Both the position numbers and the translations under genes were made by a program. A stretch of DNA of 64,000 nucleotides from Gemmatimonadota bacterium (GTDB lineage: Bacteria; Gemmatimonadota; Gemmatimonadetes; Gemmatimonadales; Gemmatimonadaceae): contig JAPLKU010000022.1 of NCBI GenBank assembly GCA_026387935.1, positions 520 to 64,519 of the forward strand, read 5' to 3'. This document shows positions 37,557 through 45,423 of the stretch, piece by piece. Below the pieces are notes generated by a model, which worked only from the letters and a program-made list of their open reading frames with translations, had not been told where the DNA came from and searched no databases. Position 1 is the first letter of the stretch. Every line of letters starts with the position of its first letter.

Positions 37557-37787
37557 GGGGTCTCGGTACTATCGTTGGAAACGGACAACCGCCGGAGGGA
37601 TCGGACAAGGCCCGGATACAACAACGACAACGACAACCACAACGACAACCACAACGACGACTGACCGGGGAACTACCACCACCGCTCGCGCTCGCGAGGT
37701 AGTCGCAGTTCCCCCCAAAGAGCGTCCGTGCCGAAGAGCTCCGATTCGTCCGGTACTTGTCCGCCACCCGCGATAGCGCCGAGACCC
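37557..37787 (+). repeat. copy B of the inverted-repeat-bounded structured repeat family, with an expanded (CAACGA/CAACCA)n tract
   Basis: The left end is GGGGTCTCGGTACTATCG and the right end is CGCGATAGCGCCGAGACCC. The central stem is GGGGAACTACC(37667)...GGTAGTCGCAGTTCCCC(37714). The right end stops 4 nt before the stop codon of the minus-strand gene. Confidence 0.75.
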
Positions 37788-37791
37788 GTCT

Positions 37792-40700
37792 TTACGGCTT
37801 TTTCGGCGGCACCACCGGCTTCGGATCGTGCGCGTCGATCTTCTTCGTGTTCACCTGCAGCGCGTCCTCGTTCACCCAGTACTTCGGGCCAAACGGAACA
37901 GCCCTCGGCCAGATCTGGTCGAGCGACATGCCGTCATAGAGCATTCCGCCCTTCATCACGTACTGCATGTCGATCGTATTACGGATGTTGTCGAGTGGAT
38001 TCTTGTTGAGCACCATCAGATCGGCAAGCTTGCCGACTTCGATCGACCCGAGATCCTTGTCGGCGCCGAGGAAGCGCGCGCCGTGCAGGCTGGCCACTTC
38101 GAGAGCGCCCATGTTGCCCAGCGCGCTTGCGCCCATCCACACTTCCCAGTGCGGCGCGATGCCATGGTGTTCACCATGTGACCCGATGGCGCCCCAGCCG
38201 CCTTCGGCGATGATGTCGGCCATCGCCTGCGCAACAAGCGGATAACTGTAGTCCGTGGCAGGACGTTGCCAGCGCACGCGCGTTTGCGGCACGAGCATGC
38301 GCCACGGAAACCAGAGGCGCTGCTTCGGATCCTTCCACACGTCGCTTTCGCCAAACCAGTACTCGATGCTCCACGCACTCGGCCCCGCGACGACGAGCGT
38401 GGGCGAGTATGTGGCTCCGGCCTTTCCGAGGAACTTGGCGCCGTCGGAGTACATCGGGACTTCGCTGAACGAGTGTTCCCACCCGGTCTGTCCGTCCATG
38501 ATGAATCCGAGGTCCTCCATGAAGTGCCCGCCCTCGGAGGTCTCGTTGATTCCGACGGTGCGCGATGCTTCGGCCATCCACTGCCGCTGATCGCGGCGGG
38601 GCTGGGCGTATTGCTTGATGGACACGGCTCCCCAATCGGCCATCTTGCGGACGGCGGCGAGTGCGTCGGCCGGATTGTTCATCTCGTTCGCGCGTGCGGC
38701 GTCGCCGGCGGTGATATTGTCGCCCGTGCTGAATCCGCGCGGCCCGATCATCTCGCCAGCCTCGATGAGCTCGGCAGTCGGGAACATGTTCTGTGAGTAC
38801 ATCGACACGTCGGTCGTCGTGGTCACGCCGTAGGCCAGGTAGATGGCCTGCTCGTAGTCGTGCGTGGGGCGCATGCCTCGCCACTCGCGGTAATGGTGCG
38901 CGTGCATGTCCACGAAGCCCGGGATGATTGTCTTGCCGCTTGCATTCACTACCCTGCCGACGCCAGCCGTCGGGCAGTTGCCGACGCAGGTGATGCGCCC
39001 GTCCTTGACCACGACCGTCCCGCGCTCGATGACCTGGCGCTTATTGAGCGTCACGATGCGCGCGTTCGTCAGGGCGATGGAGCCGCTGGCGACGGAGCCG
39101 CGTGGTACCGACACGGCGAGCTTCACCGTATCCGTCTTGCCGTTTTCCATGTGATGCACGAAGAACCGCTCGCCGCTGCCGTACTCAAGTGTGTTCTTGT
39201 CGCGCCAGCGCGGAAACAGTCCGCCGTCACGCGTCAGCTGGGTGACCGGAAACTGGCCGCGTCGCTTCTCGATTCTTTGTACTTCGCCGCCGAGTCCGCC
39301 GTATGCCATGGGCGCGACGTACACGTTGTCGCCTTCCTGGAAGGCGACGAATTCGCCGGTGGGCGAGGGGACAATTTCGTCAGCCGCCGGGAAGGAGAGG
39401 TCTTCCTGCTTGTCGCTCCCGTCCAGCTTCGACGACATGAGGGCCGTACCGCCACCACGCCCACCAGCGCCCGCCTTTTCATCAATCCAGAACACCCGAC
39501 CATCGGGACCGAACGAGGGACGCACCAGCTGGCGGCGCGCTTCGTTGCCCACCGAGGCGCCGGACGGGCGCAGCACCTTCGAGAAGGCGATGCCGGTGTC
39601 ACCGGCGGTGCCGGCATTCGCATTGAGCGATACCAGGTCGTACCAGGAGTTGTGCGTCAGCGTGCGCTGGCGTGCCGTAGCACCTTCGCCGCGCGCGACG
39701 ACGATGAGCCGGCCATCGGGACTCCAGACCGGATCCACATAGTCACCGGATTCACTCGTCACGCGCTGCGGAGTGCCGCCAGTGGCCGCCACTGTCCAGA
39801 CGTGACCGCGCGCCGTGTCCTCCCAGGTCACGAAGGCGATGGAGCGGCCATCGGGGCTCCATGTGGGCGCGTACTCCAGTGGTTGGAAGGCAGCGTCTGT
39901 GAGGCGCTTTGGCGTGCCCGTGGCGCCCGGTTGCGTGTAAATGCGACCGACGGACTGGAACGCGATCGTCTTTCCATCTGGCGACGCGCTCGGCCAGCGG
40001 AAGAACTTCGCGGCCACGGGTCCATCGGCGATCCGGAATTCCTTGCGCGCCATTTCTGAAATGGTGCGGTGCACCGTCGCGGTGTACGGAACGGTGGTGA
40101 CGGCCTTCGTTGCGATATCGAGACGACGGATCTTCCCACCCTGCGCGATGACGAGACTCTTCCCGTCCTTCGACCATTTGTAGCGCGCCAACACGCCGAG
40201 CGTCTTGGAACCCGAGGTGACCATCGGATCGATCGGATCCATGACCATGCGTTCCGCGCCGGTCTTCATGTCGCGCAACCAGAGTGCACTGCGCGGCCCG
40301 TACTTGTGGCCCTTGTACTCGAGCAGTCCGTCCGGAATCTGGCGGCCAAAAGCGAGCCATCGCCCGTCCGGCGAAATCTCCGGTACCGCGCCACCACCAG
40401 AGGAGAAGCGTCCCGCAGCCGCGCCAACGCTTTCGCCATTGGTAATGTCGACCGTTTCGCCGTTCTTCATTTCAAACCGCCGGAGCTGAATGGAGCCGCT
40501 GAGCATCTCCTTCGTGTCCGTGGTCATCGTGACCTGGTAGTACAGGTACTTCCCGTCACTCGACACGCTCGGCCACGACGGCGCGCCGTTGCCGCCCGCG
40601 CCGCGACCACCGCCAGCACCGACGAGGGACACTCCCTGGCCACCGTCCTTGTGATACATCCACAGCCCGCCGCCGGCTCCAGCGCCGCCGTCACCGCCGC

Positions 40701-41202
40701 CGCGACCGCCTTTGCGCACGATGATGTAGTTGCCGTCAGGCGTCCACGCCGGTTCGACTGCCGTGGCGTTGAGGTCGCTGAACACCGCGTGCGGATTCGA
40801 GCCGTCGGCGTTCATGACCCAGAGGTTGTACTGACCACGGCGGTCCGTGATGAACGTGATCAGCTTGCCGTCGGGCGAGATACGCGGCTGGAAGTTCAGC
40901 GCTACGCCGCTGTTTTGCGTGAGCACCGTGGCAGCGCCGCCCGTCGCGGGCACCCGATAGATGTGCCCGAGCAGATCAAATGCGACCCAGCTGCCGTCAG
41001 GGGAGATGTCGACCGATGTCCAGGTTCCTTCGGACGTCGTGAAGTCGATGTCGCGTGTCTTGCCGCGTGCGAGCGTGACGTCCCAGGCGGCGCGCCCACC
41101 TCCGCCACCTTGGGCATCGGTGGCGCCGCCCCGCTGCGCGAAGAGGGGCAGCGCAGAGACGAGCATTGCGACGACGACTGCGGATCGGGTTCGGATAGAC
41201 AT
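37792..41202 (-). CDS. secreted TolB-like beta-propeller / amidohydrolase fusion protein
   Basis: The start is ATG 41202, with signal peptide ...LPLFA|QRGG. It has repeated PD40-type blades (SPDG...) and a C-terminal amidohydrolase metal motif IPGFVDMHAHH. Confidence 0.8.
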   Translation of the reverse strand: MSIRTRSAVVVAMLVSALPLFAQRGGATDAQGGGGGRAAWDVTLARGKTRDIDFTTSEGTWTSVDISPDGSWVAFDLLGHIYRVPATGGAATVLTQNSGVALNFQPRISPDGKLITFITDRRGQYNLWVMNADGSNPHAVFSDLNATAVEPAWTPDGNYIIVRKGGRGGGDGGAGAGGGLWMYHKDGGQGVSLVGAGGGRGAGGNGAPSWPSVSSDGKYLYYQVTMTTDTKEMLSGSIQLRRFEMKNGETVDITNGESVGAAAGRFSSGGGAVPEISPDGRWLAFGRQIPDGLLEYKGHKYGPRSALWLRDMKTGAERMVMDPIDPMVTSGSKTLGVLARYKWSKDGKSLVIAQGGKIRRLDIATKAVTTVPYTATVHRTISEMARKEFRIADGPVAAKFFRWPSASPDGKTIAFQSVGRIYTQPGATGTPKRLTDAAFQPLEYAPTWSPDGRSIAFVTWEDTARGHVWTVAATGGTPQRVTSESGDYVDPVWSPDGRLIVVARGEGATARQRTLTHNSWYDLVSLNANAGTAGDTGIAFSKVLRPSGASVGNEARRQLVRPSFGPDGRVFWIDEKAGAGGRGGGTALMSSKLDGSDKQEDLSFPAADEIVPSPTGEFVAFQEGDNVYVAPMAYGGLGGEVQRIEKRRGQFPVTQLTRDGGLFPRWRDKNTLEYGSGERFFVHHMENGKTDTVKLAVSVPRGSVASGSIALTNARIVTLNKRQVIERGTVVVKDGRITCVGNCPTAGVGRVVNASGKTIIPGFVDMHAHHYREWRGMRPTHDYEQAIYLAYGVTTTTDVSMYSQNMFPTAELIEAGEMIGPRGFSTGDNITAGDAARANEMNNPADALAAVRKMADWGAVSIKQYAQPRRDQRQWMAEASRTVGINETSEGGHFMEDLGFIMDGQTGWEHSFSEVPMYSDGAKFLGKAGATYSPTLVVAGPSAWSIEYWFGESDVWKDPKQRLWFPWRMLVPQTRVRWQRPATDYSYPLVAQAMADIIAEGGWGAIGSHGEHHGIAPHWEVWMGASALGNMGALEVASLHGARFLGADKDLGSIEVGKLADLMVLNKNPLDNIRNTIDMQYVMKGGMLYDGMSLDQIWPRAVPFGPKYWVNEDALQVNTKKIDAHDPKPVVPPKKP

Positions 41203-41283
41203 GGCCACGGTCTCGGGTGGGGAGTTTCGTCCCAAAAGGTGCAGCGAAGCCGACGTTCGCGCGAGTATTATTCGCTCCCGCCC

Positions 41284-42450
41284 ATGAACTTCGACTCAAC
41301 TCCTGTCCTGCCGCACGGCTTTCGCTGCGCGAGCCGCAATGTCGGCCTCAAGCCGGTCGCCAAGGATCTGGCGCTCTTCGTGAGTGATGTGGATTGCGCG
41401 GCCGCCGTGCTCTTCACCAGAAATCAGTTTCCGGGCGCGCCGGTGTTGCTTGGGCGTGAAACGATCAAGGGCGGCGTACTCCGCGCCGTAATCGTGAACA
41501 GCAAGGTGAGCAACGTCGCGACGGGCGAGGCCGGGCTGCAGTTCGCCCGCCGCATGGCTGCTGGCGCTGCGGCTGAAGTGGGCACCGATGCCAGGAAGGT
41601 GCTGGTGAGTTCTACCGGCGTCATTGGCGTGGCGCTCCCGATCGAGAAGATCGAAGCCGGTATGCGCGGCATGGCCGCCGACTTGCAGGCTGACCCGATG
41701 CCCGGTGCGCACGGCATCATGACGACGGATACGCATCCGAAAGTGTTATCCGTGCGCGTGGGCCAGGCAACGATCACCTGGATTGCCAAGGGCGCGGGCA
41801 TGATCGAACCGAACATGGCGACGATGCTGGCCTACATCTTCACCGATGCCACGTTCGATGCGCCGACGCTCGATGGCATGCTTCGCCGCGCCGCCGACGT
41901 CTCGTTCAACATGCTCTCAATCGACACGGACACGAGCACATCGGACACCTGCGCGTTGCTGGCGAATGGCATGGCCGGCCCAACGGACCCCGCGTCATTC
42001 GAGGCAGCGCTCGTGGCAGGCTGCATTCGCATGGCCGAGATCATTGCAAGAGACGGCGAAGGGGCGAAGCACCTGATCAAGGTGCGCGCGCGCGGCGCCA
42101 AGTCTGTTGGCGAAGCGCGGACCATCGCGAAGTCGGTCGTGAACTCGCCACTGGTGAAAACCATGGTCGCCGGCGCCGATCCGAATGTGGGCCGCTTGCT
42201 CATGGCGATCGGGAAGTGTTTCGATGTCACGATCGACCGCTCGAAGACCGACGCGTGGATTAACGGCCACCAAGTGGTTGCCGGTGGCGTGCGAGGCGCG
42301 TTCGACGATGACGTCGTGCGAAAGGCCCTCGGCAATGAGGTCGTGACGATCGAAGTTGCGCTTGGCGTCGGGACCGGCGACGCGACCGCGTTTGGGTGTG
42401 ACCTCACGCAAGGCTACATCGACGAGAACGCGGCGTACTACTCTAGTTGA
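41284..42450 (+). CDS. argJ: bifunctional glutamate N-acetyltransferase / amino-acid acetyltransferase
   Basis: The start is ATG 41284 (MNFDSTPVLPHGF). The autocleavage-site region is PNMATMLAYIFTDA. Confidence 0.9.
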   Translation: MNFDSTPVLPHGFRCASRNVGLKPVAKDLALFVSDVDCAAAVLFTRNQFPGAPVLLGRETIKGGVLRAVIVNSKVSNVATGEAGLQFARRMAAGAAAEVGTDARKVLVSSTGVIGVALPIEKIEAGMRGMAADLQADPMPGAHGIMTTDTHPKVLSVRVGQATITWIAKGAGMIEPNMATMLAYIFTDATFDAPTLDGMLRRAADVSFNMLSIDTDTSTSDTCALLANGMAGPTDPASFEAALVAGCIRMAEIIARDGEGAKHLIKVRARGAKSVGEARTIAKSVVNSPLVKTMVAGADPNVGRLLMAIGKCFDVTIDRSKTDAWINGHQVVAGGVRGAFDDDVVRKALGNEVVTIEVALGVGTGDATAFGCDLTQGYIDENAAYYSS

Positions 42451-42579
42451 CAGCAGGTAGCTGGCGGTAGGAAGATGGCGCGCCGCGGCGAACCGCTCGC
42501 TCGCGCAGCGCGGTAGCTGGTGGCATCTTCTGGCGTTGACCGTACACGCCCTACACGCCGTCCTCATCAGGAGATTCGC

Positions 42580-45210
42580 ATGATCCCCACCCTTCGCCGT
42601 CTGGCCGCGCTGGCCGCGCTGGCCTCGATCGGCATCGCCGCATCCGCCGTATCCGCCGCCGCCCAGCAGCCGCGCGAAGCAGTCGTTCGCGCCAACTGGG
42701 AGCTCGCCAACAAGTTCGGTACGCAGGCGCTGCAACGGATCAATTACTCCACCGCCCTTCAGGCCCGCTGGATCGGCAAGACCGATTCGATGTGGTACAA
42801 CTGGAAGGACCACAACGGAAACGGATTTCTCCTCATCGTTCCGGCGCTCAAGACCAAGAAGCCGCTCTTCGATCACGCGAAGCTCGCGGCGCAGCTCGCC
42901 ACGCTGCACAAGAAACCATATGACGCAAACTCGCTTCCCTTCACCACGATCACGTGGGTGAAGGACCACAAGCGATTCCGCTTCAACACCGACACCGGCA
43001 CCATGGCGTCACGCTACGAGTGGAACATGGCGACCGAAACGCTGACCACACTCGGCCGACCTATTCGCGCTGATTCAATCGTTCCCGATGAAGAGCGCGA
43101 GGAAGGTAGCGGCGGCCGCGGCGGACAGGGCGGCGGCGGTGGTCGTGGAGGCGGCGGCCCGGATTTCCGGAACTGGTCCCCTGACAGCACCATGTTCGTC
43201 TTTGCGCGCGCACACAATCTCTATTTCGTCGAAAAGGGAAAGACCGACACGACGAAGATTTCGACCGACGGCGAGAAGAATCACTCTTTCGGATTCCGCG
43301 ACACGACCGAAGTGCAGGACAGCACCCAGCAGGACAATCAGGGCGGCGGCGGGCGCGGCGGTGCTGCCAATCGAGACCCGCGTGTGCGCGCCAATGTTAC
43401 GTGGTCGCCGGATTCGAAAGCCTTCGTGATTCCGCGCCAGGATCAGCGAAAGGTCAAGGAACTCTACCTCGTCAATTCACTGGCCGATCCGCGCCCCACG
43501 CTGAGTGCGTACTCGTACGCGATGCCTGGTGAGGACAATGTCGGGCTGTCCGAGCTCTACGTCTGGAAGAAGGGGACCCCGACAGTGGCGCCGGTCAACA
43601 TCAAGAAGTGGCGTGATGAGCGGATCATGAACATCCATTGGACCGTCGGGTCGGACAAGATCCGGCTCGTGCGGCGTGACCGGCCGCAGCGGCATCTCGA
43701 ACTGATCGAGTTGACGCTCTCGACCGGCGCCGTCAAGACGTTGATCACCGACGCGGTCGAGAACGCGAATCTCGAGACGCCACAGGTGCGCTATGTGAGG
43801 ACGGGTGGCGACATCATCTGGTGGTCGGAAAAGACCGGCTGGGGTCACTATTATCTGTACGACTTCAACGGCGCATACAAGAAACCGCTCACCGAAGGTC
43901 CGTGGCGCGCCGACCAGATCACGGACATCGATACGATCGCGGGCGTCGTGTTCGTTTCAGGCGTGGGACGTGAAGCGGGCGAGAATGTCTACTACCGGCA
44001 CACCTATCGCGTGAACGGCGACGGGACCGGGTTCGCACTACTCGATCCGGGCAACTCGAATCACACGACGACGCTGAGTCCGAGCAAGAAGTTTGTCGTC
44101 GACAACTCGTCGCGCATTGAATTCGCCCCGAAGGCGGTACTGCGCGACGTGACGGGCAAGGCCGTGATGGATCTCGAGGAAGCCGATCTCTCCGGCATCA
44201 AGGCCGCCGGGTGGAAGCCGCCCGAGCAGTTCATCGTGAAGGCCGCCGACGGCGTGACGGACATCTACGGTAACCTGTGGAAGCCCTTCGATTTCGATTC
44301 CACAAAGAAGTACCCGATTATCGCGCACGTGTACCCGGGCCCGCAGACGGAAGGCGTCAACATTCCGTTCGCCGCCGGTGGCGTGCCGCAGCAGCTCGCG
44401 CAGCTCGGGTTCATCGTCATACAGCTCGGCAATCGCGGCGGCAATCCGCTCCGGTCCAACGCGTACCAGAGCTTCAGCTATTACAACATGCGCGACTATG
44501 CGCTGGCCGATAAGAAGGCCGGTATCGAGCAGCTCGCATCACTGCACAAGTGGATCGACATCGACCGCGTGGGCATCTTCGGCCACTCGGGCGGTGGATT
44601 CCTGACCGCCGCGGCGATGATGACGCCGCCGTACAACGACTTCTTCAAGGTCGGCGTGTCGAGCTCGGGGAATCACGACAACAACATCTATAACCAGAAC
44701 TGGAGCGAGCAGTACCACGGCCTGAAGACCGTCGTGGCAACTGCCACCACAGCTGCGGCGGCGGGCGGTGCGGCCGGCCGTGGTGGGCGGGCGGGTGGCG
44801 CGAACGGTGGGGCAAACGGCGGGGCAAACGGCGGCACTGGTGGGCCTGGCGCAGTGAGCGGGTCGCCCGGCCGCATCGCGGGCCCGTCATCGCCGGCAGA
44901 CACCGGCTACGCGGACGATTCGCTGCGCTACCAGATTCGCGTGCCGACCAACATCGAGCTGGCGCCGAACCTGAAGGGCCGGCTCCTGCTCGCGACGGGC
45001 GACATGGACAACAACGTCCACCCCGGCAACACGATCCGGATGGCGAACGCGCTGATCAAAGCGAACAAGCGCTTCGACTTCATCCTGTTACCCGGCCAGC
45101 CGCACGGCTACGGGCCCATGCAGAACTACTTCAACCGGCAACTCATGGAGTACTTCGCAGAGCATCTGCTGGGCGATTACTACCGAGCGGGTGCGGAGAT
45201 CAAGCCGTAG
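42580..45210 (+). CDS. secreted dipeptidyl-peptidase IV-like S9 serine peptidase
   Basis: ATG 42580 is preceded by AGGAG. It has signal peptide ...SAAA|QQ, an N-terminal propeller, the catalytic nucleophile motif GHSGGGF, and three Gly/Arg-rich insertions. Confidence 0.85.
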   Translation: MIPTLRRLAALAALASIGIAASAVSAAAQQPREAVVRANWELANKFGTQALQRINYSTALQARWIGKTDSMWYNWKDHNGNGFLLIVPALKTKKPLFDHAKLAAQLATLHKKPYDANSLPFTTITWVKDHKRFRFNTDTGTMASRYEWNMATETLTTLGRPIRADSIVPDEEREEGSGGRGGQGGGGGRGGGGPDFRNWSPDSTMFVFARAHNLYFVEKGKTDTTKISTDGEKNHSFGFRDTTEVQDSTQQDNQGGGGRGGAANRDPRVRANVTWSPDSKAFVIPRQDQRKVKELYLVNSLADPRPTLSAYSYAMPGEDNVGLSELYVWKKGTPTVAPVNIKKWRDERIMNIHWTVGSDKIRLVRRDRPQRHLELIELTLSTGAVKTLITDAVENANLETPQVRYVRTGGDIIWWSEKTGWGHYYLYDFNGAYKKPLTEGPWRADQITDIDTIAGVVFVSGVGREAGENVYYRHTYRVNGDGTGFALLDPGNSNHTTTLSPSKKFVVDNSSRIEFAPKAVLRDVTGKAVMDLEEADLSGIKAAGWKPPEQFIVKAADGVTDIYGNLWKPFDFDSTKKYPIIAHVYPGPQTEGVNIPFAAGGVPQQLAQLGFIVIQLGNRGGNPLRSNAYQSFSYYNMRDYALADKKAGIEQLASLHKWIDIDRVGIFGHSGGGFLTAAAMMTPPYNDFFKVGVSSSGNHDNNIYNQNWSEQYHGLKTVVATATTAAAAGGAAGRGGRAGGANGGANGGANGGTGGPGAVSGSPGRIAGPSSPADTGYADDSLRYQIRVPTNIELAPNLKGRLLLATGDMDNNVHPGNTIRMANALIKANKRFDFILLPGQPHGYGPMQNYFNRQLMEYFAEHLLGDYYRAGAEIKP

Positions 45211-45224
45211 TGATCGACAAGCAT

Positions 45225-45418
45225 CACCGACTTTGGACGCGGATCAAACGGATGTGAACGACGATTAGGCGGATACGGCAACGACAACTGCAACAATAGG
45301 GGGAACTGCAACCACATCGGGCGTGGTCGCAGTTCCCCCAATCAGTTGAGGCCGCCGGCCCTGAACAATCCGGACAAGTCCGGCCGTTGTCCGATTCCCG
45401 CGCTAGCGCCGAGACCCC
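45225..45418 (+). repeat. copy C of the structured repeat family (left arm degenerate)
   Basis: It shares GGATACGGCAACGACAAC and the central hairpin GGGGGAACTGCAACCAC(45299)-7 nt-GTGGTCGCAGTTCCCCC(45339). The right end CGCGCTAGCGCCGAGACCCC stops 5 nt before the minus-strand stop codon. Confidence 0.7.
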
Positions 45419-45423
45419 TGCTC

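Noticed and set aside
37516-37776. An ORF encoding a poly-Thr run (TTTTTTTTTTTTTTT).
   Set aside because: It is a translation artefact of the (ACAACG)n tract inside repeat copy B. The homologous copies A and C have no corresponding ORF.
42451-42579. The argJ-peptidase spacer contains a direct repeat GGTAGCTGG(C/T)GG x2 and a possible long hairpin (GAAGATG..CATCTTC).
   Set aside because: It is plausibly just a terminator-like structure after argJ. The stem is short and imperfect with a long loop and no T-run, so it is not called as a feature.
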